Notes: generated by a model from the sequence alone, not told the origin. 64,000 nt of DNA from Bdellovibrio sp. (GCA_036677065.1 JAKFBS010000003.1:224001-288000), one strand, 5' to 3'; shown: positions 39,529 to 49,273, counted from the stretch's first letter. Numbers and translations are program-made.

Positions 39529-41151
39529 ATGACAACACAAACACACCGCAACTTGATTATAGCTCTGTTTTTTTTCTTTGCGGCCGTGCTATATCCAAAA
39601 TTTGTGGTCTCTGCTGAAAGTAACGTTGAACTTGAGTGGGAAGGCGTTGAAAACGCCAAAAGTTACGATCTAGAAGTTAAATCATCTAAAAACACATTTA
39701 AATTTCAAATCAAAGAACCTATCTGGGCGGGTCGTTTATCGCCTGGTTTTTTTAAAATGCGCGTACGTGCACGCGATAAACGAAGTGTTCCGGGAGAATG
39801 GTCAGAATACCAGGAATTTAAAGTCTTTTTAGATTCTCCGGATTTTGTTAATCCAACAAGCGGAACAATCATTGCTTCAAGCAATAATGACAATCAAAAT
39901 GTAGCTTTTAAATGGAAAAAAGTTTTCGCCGGCAAAAAATATTCATTAGATGTTCAGGGGTTGGATTCAACATTTAGAAAACAAGTTGAAATCAATAATG
40001 ACGAAAAAACGGCTATGGAATTGCCTGTGGCTACTAAGTTCATGGCGACAATCCGCGCGGCGAATGAAGTGTTAACAAGTAATCCAGAAAAAGACAGCGT
40101 GTCTGAATTCATTGTAAGTGGTAAAAAATTAGCTGCACCAAAACTGACACCGCCAGAAAGTTTGTTCGTGCGTGAAGTGAAATGGTCTAAACCAGAATTT
40201 GCACAGGCCTATAGTTATGTTTTAGAAAAAATGGATGTCAAATCTCAGAGATATAATGTCTTTGATGAAAATAAAGAATTACGTGGTGAAGCGATGCCAT
40301 TTAAAAAGGAATGGCCTGGTGGTATATACCGCTTAACAGTTAAAGCTATTGCCAACTACCGACCAGCTTCTGAGTCGGTTTCGATACGTTTTACGGCCAA
40401 AGATGGCGACCGTACAGAAAAAGCCGAAGAATTAGCCCGGTTACGCGAATCGATCGAGCGTTTATCAGGTTGGTTTGGAATGGCCAGTTATTTAATTAAC
40501 TCGGTTGAATATACAAATTTAAATTATGATTTAACCGGAACCCAAGTGGTTTACAAGGCGATCGGCGGATCACTGCGCGCAGGTTTTGGTTATGTCACAA
40601 AGAAAAACCCATGGGGTTATTACGTCGCCGCAGAAACCAGCACTTTATCAGTCGCGGGCTTTGGTGATGTGAAGTATAACATGTTCGAACTTAATTCTTT
40701 CTTTAAGATGAAACCAAACGATGCTGGTGAATTTCGTCAGACGGCCGGTATCGTCTATAAAGAATTACCTGATTTAACTACTAACTTTGCCGGCACAGTG
40801 AAAAACACTTCAGCGTTAGCCGCACTGGGATTCCGCTATGGTATTGAATACTGGCATGCGATGACACCGAAATTAGGTCTACAGGGTAATGCCCATCTTT
40901 TTCCACTGATCGCCGGGCAAAAAACCACGAATGGCCAGGCGTTCGTGCCAAGCACATCCCTGCAGGCCGGTTTTTTAATAAGTTACCGCTGGAGCAAAAA
41001 TTTAACAACTTTGGGCGGCTACGCTTTTCGTACTGATAAGATGGAGTATAAAACGGCCCCGACGGCGACGTTTCCAACTCCTGCGGCAGAAAAAAATTCA
41101 TCTACTATTAAAGGTCATTACTTAAATCTATTCTTGGAGTACCAGCTATGA
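39529..41151 (+). CDS. FN3-like repeats + C-terminal outer-membrane beta-barrel
   Basis: Signal peptide; LEWEGVENAKSYDLEV..RVRARD..PGEWS FN3 motif; alternating strands ending LNLFLEYQL. Confidence 0.65.
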   Translation: MTTQTHRNLIIALFFFFAAVLYPKFVVSAESNVELEWEGVENAKSYDLEVKSSKNTFKFQIKEPIWAGRLSPGFFKMRVRARDKRSVPGEWSEYQEFKVFLDSPDFVNPTSGTIIASSNNDNQNVAFKWKKVFAGKKYSLDVQGLDSTFRKQVEINNDEKTAMELPVATKFMATIRAANEVLTSNPEKDSVSEFIVSGKKLAAPKLTPPESLFVREVKWSKPEFAQAYSYVLEKMDVKSQRYNVFDENKELRGEAMPFKKEWPGGIYRLTVKAIANYRPASESVSIRFTAKDGDRTEKAEELARLRESIERLSGWFGMASYLINSVEYTNLNYDLTGTQVVYKAIGGSLRAGFGYVTKKNPWGYYVAAETSTLSVAGFGDVKYNMFELNSFFKMKPNDAGEFRQTAGIVYKELPDLTTNFAGTVKNTSALAALGFRYGIEYWHAMTPKLGLQGNAHLFPLIAGQKTTNGQAFVPSTSLQAGFLISYRWSKNLTTLGGYAFRTDKMEYKTAPTATFPTPAAEKNSSTIKGHYLNLFLEYQL

Positions 41152-42893
41152 AAATGAAAAGTATGAGAATTCCGATCTCGGCTAAAATTATTGGAATTAC
41201 AACCTTTATCATTTTAACTTCGATGGTGCTTGTGACCAAACAAAGTTCTGACTTCTTCAAAAAAGTTATGACCCAGCGTGAAGAGTTCTCGAATTTTACC
41301 GAAGCCTCTTTACGCGCGAAACAAGTGGATACGTTATTAGATGGCTCTTTAGATAAAGCAAAAAACTTAGCCCAAATTTTATTAAAAGAATCTTTTGAAG
41401 GCCTTGGAAATTACAAATTAGCTAAAGATAAAAGTTTAGTGGGTATTGAAATCTGGCAAGTCGTCGATGGCAAGCCGCAACTCTATGTCAAAAAAGTACA
41501 AGAAGACTTCTTAATTAAAAATAAACTAACACCAGAATTTATTGATCAGGTTCGCCAGAAAAAGCCATTTCCGGTGACATCAGTGATGCAAAAAAATATC
41601 GAATTGCAATTTGCCGAAGTTAATCCAAGCATTCGGGTGATTTCAATTGGTTTTCCTTTCGGGCGTGATGCACAAAATCAGGTAAACACCTTTGTCATTG
41701 CTGCTTATAACTCTGAAATGATTCAAAGTTTATTCTCGAACGACAGTGAACGTGAGTTTTTCTTAATTGATCGTAATGGGTTTTTATTAGCGCATCAAAA
41801 TGAAGAATTATTACGTCAGGCAAAAAATGTTAAAGGTGATGCCTTTGTTGAAAAAGCGCTGGCAGATTCTACGAATTCAAAACAGTTAACATTTAAAAAT
41901 GTAAAAGGTAATGCCTACATCGGGGCTTTCGTAAAAAGTAGTTTTTGGGGAACAGTTTTATTAGCGCAAACCCCACTTTCGATTGTGAACGAGCCAGCCC
42001 AGGCGGTACAACGTAAAGCGATCCTGATTTCTGGTATCGTGATGAGTGTCGCCTTGTTTGCGGTCTTCTTATTCTCGTTAACATTAAGTAAACCGATTGA
42101 AGTCTTAGCTGAATTAATCAAAGAAATTCCTAAAGGAAACTTTAATATTTCAGCCCGCAGCAAAGTTAAATCTCATGATGAAGTGGGAGACTTGGCCATT
42201 GCCTTTGATCACATGACCGAAGGTTTAAAAGAGCGTGATAAAGTGAAGAACTTATTTAATAAGTTCCACGGATCATCAGTGACTGAAAATCTATTACAAC
42301 AAGAAGTCAGCGTCGGCGGCACGCGCAAAGAGGTTACGGTTTTCTTTTCAGATATTCGTGGATTTACCAAGTTTTCAGAAGGCCATACACCAGAAGAAGT
42401 TGTATCGATGTTAAATGAATACTTTGAAGTGATGGTGGGTATTATCGGTCGTCATGGTGGTGTCGTGGATAAATTTATCGGTGATGCGATTATGGCCGTG
42501 TGGGGGGTGCCTGCAGGCACTGATCACGATACACTCAACGGATTAAAAGCCTGTTTAGAAATGCGTTCGGCTTTAGTGACTTTAAACGAATCACGTCGCC
42601 AGCGCAATTTAACTGAAATTCACATCGGTATGGGTTTACATGCGGGAACCGCGATTTCTGGCACTATCGGCTCAGAAGAGCGTATGGAGTTTACGGTGAT
42701 CGGTGATACGGTGAATGTGACTGCGCGTATCGAATCATCGACAAAACATTTTGAAGTCGATTTATTAGTGAGCGATGAAGTGTTCGCGCGTTTATCTAAA
42801 CCAGAACTGGATAATTTATTTAAATTTGATTTAGCCGGCGACATCGAAGTTAAAGGTAAGACCTTACCGTTAACATTATATAAAGTACTATAA
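41148..42893 (+). CDS. class III adenylate/guanylate cyclase with periplasmic Cache-like sensor and HAMP
   Basis: Two TMs, DEVGDLAIAFDHM HAMP, FSDIRGFT, DKFIGDA, TVIGDTVNVTARIE. Confidence 0.93.
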   Translation: MKMKSMRIPISAKIIGITTFIILTSMVLVTKQSSDFFKKVMTQREEFSNFTEASLRAKQVDTLLDGSLDKAKNLAQILLKESFEGLGNYKLAKDKSLVGIEIWQVVDGKPQLYVKKVQEDFLIKNKLTPEFIDQVRQKKPFPVTSVMQKNIELQFAEVNPSIRVISIGFPFGRDAQNQVNTFVIAAYNSEMIQSLFSNDSEREFFLIDRNGFLLAHQNEELLRQAKNVKGDAFVEKALADSTNSKQLTFKNVKGNAYIGAFVKSSFWGTVLLAQTPLSIVNEPAQAVQRKAILISGIVMSVALFAVFLFSLTLSKPIEVLAELIKEIPKGNFNISARSKVKSHDEVGDLAIAFDHMTEGLKERDKVKNLFNKFHGSSVTENLLQQEVSVGGTRKEVTVFFSDIRGFTKFSEGHTPEEVVSMLNEYFEVMVGIIGRHGGVVDKFIGDAIMAVWGVPAGTDHDTLNGLKACLEMRSALVTLNESRRQRNLTEIHIGMGLHAGTAISGTIGSEERMEFTVIGDTVNVTARIESSTKHFEVDLLVSDEVFARLSKPELDNLFKFDLAGDIEVKGKTLPLTLYKVL

Positions 42894-42923
42894 AAAAAAG
42901 GCCGGGGTAACCCAGCCTTTTTT
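42893..42923. terminator. bidirectional intrinsic terminator
   Basis: A7-GGCCGGG-GTAA-CCCAGCC-T6 between convergent genes. Confidence 0.8.
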
Positions 42924-42946
42924 GTTTCAGATATGTTATCTAAAAA

Positions 42947-43738
42947 TTACTTAGCAGAAGCTAAATGTTTGTCGATAATTTCTTTGAATGCCGGAAACGG
43001 GTAAGCACCACGTAAAGAAACACCGTTAATGATGAATCCTGGAGTACCGCTCATGTTAAACTTTTTAGCTTCTTCCATGTCAGCATCAATACGTTTTTGA
43101 ATTTTTTCGTCTTTAAGAGCTACTTCAACTTTTTTAAGATCAGCGCCAACTTTTTTAGTTAGTTCTTTGAACCAAGCTTCGCCTTTATCTTTTAACATGC
43201 CTTGGTTTTCGAAAACCATGTCATGAAATTTTTCAGCTTTTTCTGGGCTTTGCTGAGCAATAGCTTCGAAATATTTTGCAGCTGGCATCGCTAAAGGATG
43301 GAAATCAAGTGGTAAGTGTTTGAAAACAACTCTTACTTTATCGCCGTATTCTTTACGAACTTGCTGAACAGTTTGGTAACCACGTGTGCAATATGGGCAT
43401 TGAAAATCAGAAAACTCAACGATAGTGATCGGAGCAGATTTATTTCCGAAAATTACGCGTGTTTCATCGATTTCTGGTTTTAACGGATTAGCGTACTCTT
43501 CATCACGTTGTTTTTTCTCTTCTTCTTGAGCTCTGTCGCCAGCAACTTTTTGAGCTTCTTGCTGAGCTTTCATCACTACTTCGATGAATTTATCTGGATG
43601 TTTTTCGATCGCGCTGAACACGATTGATGGGTCTTTTTCTACAGCTTCTTTTAATTGTTTAGCTGAAGGGGCGCATGCAGTGATAGCTAATACTACCGAA
43701 GCTGCTAAAGCTAGTTTCATTGACATAATAGTTTTCAA
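42947..43738 (-). CDS. DsbA-family thiol:disulfide oxidoreductase lipoprotein
   Basis: FSDFQCPYC, GTPGFIING, lipobox ITAC; TTG start 43738 after AAGGAG. Confidence 0.9.
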   Translation of the reverse strand: MKTIMSMKLALAASVVLAITACAPSAKQLKEAVEKDPSIVFSAIEKHPDKFIEVVMKAQQEAQKVAGDRAQEEEKKQRDEEYANPLKPEIDETRVIFGNKSAPITIVEFSDFQCPYCTRGYQTVQQVRKEYGDKVRVVFKHLPLDFHPLAMPAAKYFEAIAQQSPEKAEKFHDMVFENQGMLKDKGEAWFKELTKKVGADLKKVEVALKDEKIQKRIDADMEEAKKFNMSGTPGFIINGVSLRGAYPFPAFKEIIDKHLASAK

Positions 43739-43882
43739 GAGGTTCTCCTTAGTTTTGTTAGCCAAAACAGTGTGACATAGCGCCCTTAAAAAGCAACTAC
43801 GACCAAGGTCTGGCCCTTGACGGCGTGAGCTGTACTCTTTTTTTTTATTTTTCGGTATATTGAGTCAAAGGGAAGTTTATTT

Positions 43883-44545
43883 ATGCACAAAAATATCATC
43901 ATCGCAGCGGTTCTGGCTTTTGGCTTTTCAGCATGCTCAGGTAAGCCAACAAATTCTTCAGGTTCATCTTTTGCCATGGTTGAAACAATCCAAATCGAGC
44001 AAACTTACAAAACCTTAAAAATCTTAGACCTCGATCAAATGACAGACCTACTTTATGAAAAAGCCAACGATTATAAACGCAATAATCGTCTACAAGCTCT
44101 TCGTGAAGGCACAATGATCGCCTTTGCACGTCCAAATGAAGAAGTCATCTTAGATAAGATTCTGTCAATAGTGCGTAGCCCTTTAGAAGATGCTGATGAA
44201 TGGGAAGGCACCGTTGAACAAATGGTTGGCCAAGCTGTACAAACGATTAAAGACGGTAACGCTCAAGCCACTGATCAAGTAACAGCCTCTGTAGTTTTAG
44301 AAAACGTGCTTTCAGAGTTTAAACCAGCCTTTGTAAAACAGTACCAAGGTGGAGGTTTTGAAACCACAGTTATCGAACGCATCGCGGCTTCGGATTTACG
44401 CTTTTCGAAACAAGCCGAACAAGAAAAGAAATTAAATCAGATGAAGTCGGGTTTAACGCCGTCGCAACTGGCTCAAAAGCTAGTAGAGATAAAAAATAAA
44501 AAATTAGAAGAATTAAAAGAAGCCGAAGCTAAAAAGAAAAAATAA
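43883..44545 (+). CDS. hypothetical helical lipoprotein
   Basis: Lipobox FSAC; no family recognised. Confidence 0.7.
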   Translation: MHKNIIIAAVLAFGFSACSGKPTNSSGSSFAMVETIQIEQTYKTLKILDLDQMTDLLYEKANDYKRNNRLQALREGTMIAFARPNEEVILDKILSIVRSPLEDADEWEGTVEQMVGQAVQTIKDGNAQATDQVTASVVLENVLSEFKPAFVKQYQGGGFETTVIERIAASDLRFSKQAEQEKKLNQMKSGLTPSQLAQKLVEIKNKKLEELKEAEAKKKK

Positions 44546-44566
44546 AAGAAGTAATTGAGTTAGAAC

Positions 44567-44593
44567 AAAAGGGCGCTGTAAGGCGCCTTTTTT
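44567..44593. terminator. intrinsic terminator (possibly bidirectional)
   Basis: A4-GGGCGCT-GTAA-GGCGCCT-T-run. Confidence 0.75.
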
Positions 44594-44597
44594 ATTA

Positions 44598-44636
44598 CTC
44601 ATGTTTTGGGTTTACATTGTAAACCCAAAACATGAG
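44598..44636. repeat. perfect 19-bp inverted repeat, 1-nt spacer
   Basis: CTCATGTTTTGGGTTTACA-T-TGTAAACCCAAAACATGAG. Confidence 0.9.
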
Positions 44637-44788
44637 CGCGCAAAAGGTCTAGTGATTTAATCGGCCGCTGCGCTAGTTGGCCTTCCTGGCCGGCCTATCT
44701 GACGGCTTCCTGCCGCCAGAGTGGAAGTTTTATTTTGTTTTTCGCTCTGACCATAGATCTAGTTTTTCTCAAACTGTCTCATCCTGAC

Positions 44789-44815
44789 TCAAGTTCCTCC
44801 GCAAACCTCCGATAA
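44789..44815 (+). promoter_or_regulatory. sigma28/FliA-like promoter
   Basis: TCAA-N15-TCCGATAA upstream of the 44868-46923 operon. Confidence 0.65.
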
Positions 44816-44867
44816 GTTTCGTGTACATCACAGAAGATGCACACGAAGACTACCAGGAGGTTACATC

Positions 44868-45146
44868 ATGTTTATTCAAGGCGATTTACAAGCAGTATTT
44901 GATGCACTTTACACAATTGGCGCAATCGATCCTGTTTTACAAGCGGACTGGGAAAAGTTGAACTGCGAAATGAACTCTAATCCCAGAGTAGTCCACACAA
45001 TTTGCCACTCGATTAACTCTTGCTCTGGTGATCGTAAAAAAATTATCGAAACTTTATTAGGTATGGATCAAAAAGCCGTATCGTTTGTAGCGTTGGAGGT
45101 GGCTCGTGAGTTCAGTGAATTTCAAGACCGTAAAGAACTACACTAA
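44868..45146 (+). CDS. hypothetical protein
   Basis: 92-aa ORF with strong AGGAGG RBS. Confidence 0.75.
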   Translation: MFIQGDLQAVFDALYTIGAIDPVLQADWEKLNCEMNSNPRVVHTICHSINSCSGDRKKIIETLLGMDQKAVSFVALEVAREFSEFQDRKELH

Positions 45147-45159
45147 TACATTTACATTT

Positions 45160-45771
45160 ATGAAAGCGTTTTTGTTTTCATTATTCTTTTTTGTGCAAGT
45201 GAAAGTTCACGCAGAATGGAATATCGATTTATCTCGCCGCCAAACTGATTTCACCCGTATTGAAAATCAAAGAATGCCTGCGACAACGAATATGGACACA
45301 ACATCGTCTGCAAAGAATGATGCTGATATTCTTGAAGCCTTAAAAAAAGTAGTAAACCCGGTTGAGCCTTCGCAAGAGATCGTGATCTTACAAACTGAAA
45401 AAGGCTTTGTTCCTGAAATGATTCACTTAAAAAAAGGTGATGTTTATAAAGTTCACGTGGTGAATTTAAATTTAAAAGAAAAAAACGTAAGCTTTGTGAT
45501 GGATGCCTTTTCGCAAACTCATAATACGGTTTACGGTTTAATGAAAACATTTACGATCCAACCAAAAATCGAAGGTGTTTACTCTTTCCAAAGCCCAGAA
45601 ACGGGATTTCTTGGTAAAGTGGTGATCACACCAGATACAGTTCGTAAAATAGCTTCTGAAAAAACTCCTGCGCAAAAAACTCAGGAAGAAGTAGAACATA
45701 AAATTAAAGCATCGACCCTCCCTACTGATCACAGTTTATTTAGCACTGAAACCGAAGAGTCTTTAAAATAA
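45160..45771 (+). CDS. secreted cupredoxin-like protein
   Basis: Signal peptide; GFVPEMIHLKKGD.Y.VHVVN ... P...GVYSF...G..G.VVI fold pattern. Confidence 0.65.
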   Translation: MKAFLFSLFFFVQVKVHAEWNIDLSRRQTDFTRIENQRMPATTNMDTTSSAKNDADILEALKKVVNPVEPSQEIVILQTEKGFVPEMIHLKKGDVYKVHVVNLNLKEKNVSFVMDAFSQTHNTVYGLMKTFTIQPKIEGVYSFQSPETGFLGKVVITPDTVRKIASEKTPAQKTQEEVEHKIKASTLPTDHSLFSTETEESLK

Positions 45772-45783
45772 GGATTAACGAAA

Positions 45784-46923
45784 ATGGCTTCTGACGGACA
45801 ATCAAATTTTAAAGAAGTTATCAAACGGGCATTAGGGCCCGTTGACGATTATTTAAATGACCCTGGCGTTTCAGAGGTTTTGATCAATGGTCCAGATCAA
45901 ATATTCGTCGAGCGTAAAGGTAAATTAGAATTAACCAACGCAAAATTTCCAGACGAAGATAATTTACAAGCAGCGATCAATACGATCGCTCAGTCAGTTG
46001 GACGCCGAATCAACAAAGAAGAACCACGTTTAGATGCACGTTTACCTTTAATCGAAGGTTACGCTGCCAGTGGTGCGCGTATTGCTGCGGTATTGCCGCC
46101 GATTTCTCGTCAAGGAACAGTGATTTCTATTCGTAAATTTACCGCAAGTAAAATCACACCCAATGATTATATTAAATATGGAACGATCTCGCCTGATGCG
46201 TGGCAGTTCATTGATTTATGTATGTTCTTAGGTAAAAACATTATCGTCAGCGGTGGTACCGGTTCTGGTAAAACCACGTTGTTATCATTAATGTGCTCGC
46301 GCATTCCTGAAGGCCAACGCGTATTAATCATCGAAGATTCATCAGAGTTACAAGTTGAGTATTCACACGTTATACGTTTTGAAACTCGCCAAGCCGATCT
46401 TGGTGGTAAAGGTGAAGTTACAATTAAAGATTTATTAAAATCAGCTCTACGTTTACGTCCTGACCGCATTATCGTGGGAGAGGTTCGTTCAAGTGAAGCT
46501 ATGGAATTAATTAATGCCATGAACACCGGTCATAAAGGTTCAATGGGCACAGTGCATGCGAATTCTCCTGAAGATGCGATCATTCGTTTAGAAGCGTTAG
46601 CGGCCAGCGGTGATGCAAAGCTTTCAGAAAAAGCATTAACCTCACAAGTCGCATCGGCAATTGAAATCATCGTGCAAATTTCACGTTACTCAGATGGCTC
46701 TCGTAAAATCGGAGCGATTTCTGAAGTTCGTGGTCTTGATGAAGATAATAAATATATCGTTGTGCCAATTTATGAAATTCAAAATCTACAAAGAGCCACA
46801 GACGGAAAACTTATTGGTGGCATTGAGCCTACTGGTAATGTGCCGTCGTTCTATCAGGAAATTATTGATAACAAGATTAACTTTCCGTTAGCGAAATTTC
46901 AGAAGATTAAAAAAGCCGGCTAA
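45784..46923 (+). CDS. CpaF/TadA-family pilus assembly ATPase (orphan)
   Basis: SEVLINGP, GGTGSGKTT, LRLRPDRIIVGEVR, NTGH.GSMGTVHANS. Confidence 0.9.
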   Translation: MASDGQSNFKEVIKRALGPVDDYLNDPGVSEVLINGPDQIFVERKGKLELTNAKFPDEDNLQAAINTIAQSVGRRINKEEPRLDARLPLIEGYAASGARIAAVLPPISRQGTVISIRKFTASKITPNDYIKYGTISPDAWQFIDLCMFLGKNIIVSGGTGSGKTTLLSLMCSRIPEGQRVLIIEDSSELQVEYSHVIRFETRQADLGGKGEVTIKDLLKSALRLRPDRIIVGEVRSSEAMELINAMNTGHKGSMGTVHANSPEDAIIRLEALAASGDAKLSEKALTSQVASAIEIIVQISRYSDGSRKIGAISEVRGLDEDNKYIVVPIYEIQNLQRATDGKLIGGIEPTGNVPSFYQEIIDNKINFPLAKFQKIKKAG

Positions 46924-47010
46924 GTCGTTTTGTCTCATTGTGAGATCAAAAATTAAAAATGATTATAAAATAACGATTAATGAGATAAGCTAAAATAGAC
47001 GCTGTTTCTT

Positions 47011-48480
47011 ATGGGGGGCCATTTGAAAGCAAGACTGTGGAAAATCCACTTAGTTATTCTATTTTTTTGTTCGGTATTATTCTTACTTTTTCAAAACTTA
47101 ACAACATACACTGCGCCCCAGCCGGTCTTAATTAGAGACCCGGTAAATTATGTGTCTGGAAAAAAATGTGCTTTGTATAGCGTAGCAGCGCAAAAACAAG
47201 CTATTAAGATTGCTGAAATATCATCACCAGAAGCGGTAAAGGATGAAGCTGGCTGCAAAAGCTATATCCAGAAGTATTATCTGAATATACCTAATTGTGG
47301 GTACAGCATCGGCATTAATCAAGCTATGGCAGTTTTTAAAGAAATCACAACGGTTGGTATTCTAGAAGCTGAAGGAACAGTTACAAAATTATCTATCGAA
47401 GATGACATCAACAACACGAAAATATTAGAGCCATCAACGAGTATGTTAATTATGGCTCCATCCAGTTGTTCTACACCCGAACAATACCGGGCAAGAGTTC
47501 GTGGAAAATCTAGAAGTATTGCCTGCAACTATGCTTTAAATTCAATTTGTGTAAGCCCAAATACACCACTTTTTTCTCAGGCTTCGGCGCAGTTAAGCAG
47601 CTATATCGCGCAAAAAACCGGAAATCCAAAGATTACCAGAGACATGGGTTGGTGTGCGCCAACGGCAACTGCGATGTCTATTTTAGGGCCGCTCAATGCG
47701 CAAGCCTATGAAGTGTATCAAGATTCGTATTTATGGAAAGAAAATATACCTGCATTTAGTCTGACAGCCATGAAATCGGCATCTATTGATCAACTGACAT
47801 CGACTTATGCCAATGTGATATATGACCTAGGGCAAACGATGGGAATCCGTTGGGCTGTAGGCGGTGCAGTTCCAGGAGTTGCGCTGAAAAAAATATTTCA
47901 GCGTATTGATCCGGCTATTCGCAATTTGAATAAAGATGCCTACAGGGGTGAAGTGTTAAGGGATTTCTTTTATTTAAGCGGAGCAAAGCAAACCCAAGAA
48001 AATTTAATCGCTAAACTTACAGCTGGACGCCAAAGTTCAGTGGTATCAACGTATGGCCATCGCAAAAAATGCAGCCATACAGCGACCGTGATTGGTGAGA
48101 CCGCGGCTACTAAAACGTATGAAGTTGTATTCAATTGCCAAAATAGTGAAAGATTTGCACCGAGTGGAAGCGGGCATGCGCTTAGTTTAAATGGCGTCGA
48201 AGATGGTTATCTTAAAATGTACGACCCTTGGGGACGCATTTATAATGTAGAACTGAAAGATGGCAAAGATTTTCCCGGCGTGCCAGACGGCCCTGTTATG
48301 ATTCATGCGGGCGGAGATGTTGGTTATGTAAGAAGTCTTGTGACACCGCCGACACGTAAAATGACTATTCTAAAAAGTGCTAATATAGATAGTTTCTTGA
48401 CGAATCTTTCGTACCAGTATGTGACTACAGGCTTGATCTACGGGTTTAACTTTTCTGTTCGCCATGAACTTAATCCATAA
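47011..48480 (+). CDS. secreted/membrane-anchored papain-fold (C39-like) cysteine protease candidate
   Basis: GWCAPTATAM (C215), GHALSLNG (H389), MYDPWG (D405); hydrophobic N-terminus ending FQN. Confidence 0.6.
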   Translation: MGGHLKARLWKIHLVILFFCSVLFLLFQNLTTYTAPQPVLIRDPVNYVSGKKCALYSVAAQKQAIKIAEISSPEAVKDEAGCKSYIQKYYLNIPNCGYSIGINQAMAVFKEITTVGILEAEGTVTKLSIEDDINNTKILEPSTSMLIMAPSSCSTPEQYRARVRGKSRSIACNYALNSICVSPNTPLFSQASAQLSSYIAQKTGNPKITRDMGWCAPTATAMSILGPLNAQAYEVYQDSYLWKENIPAFSLTAMKSASIDQLTSTYANVIYDLGQTMGIRWAVGGAVPGVALKKIFQRIDPAIRNLNKDAYRGEVLRDFFYLSGAKQTQENLIAKLTAGRQSSVVSTYGHRKKCSHTATVIGETAATKTYEVVFNCQNSERFAPSGSGHALSLNGVEDGYLKMYDPWGRIYNVELKDGKDFPGVPDGPVMIHAGGDVGYVRSLVTPPTRKMTILKSANIDSFLTNLSYQYVTTGLIYGFNFSVRHELNP

Positions 48481-48499
48481 TTTTTAAGGAATAGCAGCT

Positions 48500-49273
48500 G
48501 TGAATAAAAAAATAATATTTTTTTCAGTCTTAGTAATTTTATTAGCTTACTTTGTAACTCAAGGGTTAAACGAAGACGAAAAAACCGAGACTACAAAAAG
48601 AGAAATCACTTCGATTGATAAAAGTTCAAAGGTAAAAAATGTTAAAGATGAACCTATGGTAAGTAATGAAAAAAGCAATTTCATTGGCGGCAGTCGTAAA
48701 ATGAGCCCTAATTCGTTCTATGCACAAAATGCTTATTTTAATACTTTAATGTCAGATCAAGCCGCTGAAAATTTATTTATCAAAACCGCAGATATTTTCA
48801 AAGACAGTCAAAATGCCGAAGATCTGGCGGCTTGGGTGGGTATCGGCTGGATCTTCGATTCGTCGCCTGAATACGGTATGATTTTGCAGCATTCGCTAAA
48901 AAAGATAAATGAAAATCCAGAGCTAAATTTTTCTTTGATAGAGCAAAAAATCAAAACTTTAAATTCAGAAGACAGTTTTATAAGAGGACAGTTGCTAAAT
49001 CTTGTAAATCAAATTGATGTAAAGAAAGAACAGAAAATTAAATTTTTTGGAAGTGAGTTATCAAGACCGGCAGTCGTAGATTCTGAAGGTAGATTTACAC
49101 CGGATTCTTTAAATATAACAACAGCATTAATCATGCTTAAAAATAACGGGGCCCAACGCGAAGACCTCACGCATTTTTTTAACGATAGTTTGAAAGTTAA
49201 TAATAATACGGTAGCTAGGAATAAACTCATTGCGCGTTTTAAGACGTATTTTCCTGATGAGTATACTGATTAG
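48500..49273 (+). CDS. hypothetical N-terminally anchored helical protein
   Basis: N-terminal TM, AAGGA RBS, 19 nt after the protease-like gene. Confidence 0.7.
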   Translation: MNKKIIFFSVLVILLAYFVTQGLNEDEKTETTKREITSIDKSSKVKNVKDEPMVSNEKSNFIGGSRKMSPNSFYAQNAYFNTLMSDQAAENLFIKTADIFKDSQNAEDLAAWVGIGWIFDSSPEYGMILQHSLKKINENPELNFSLIEQKIKTLNSEDSFIRGQLLNLVNQIDVKKEQKIKFFGSELSRPAVVDSEGRFTPDSLNITTALIMLKNNGAQREDLTHFFNDSLKVNNNTVARNKLIARFKTYFPDEYTD

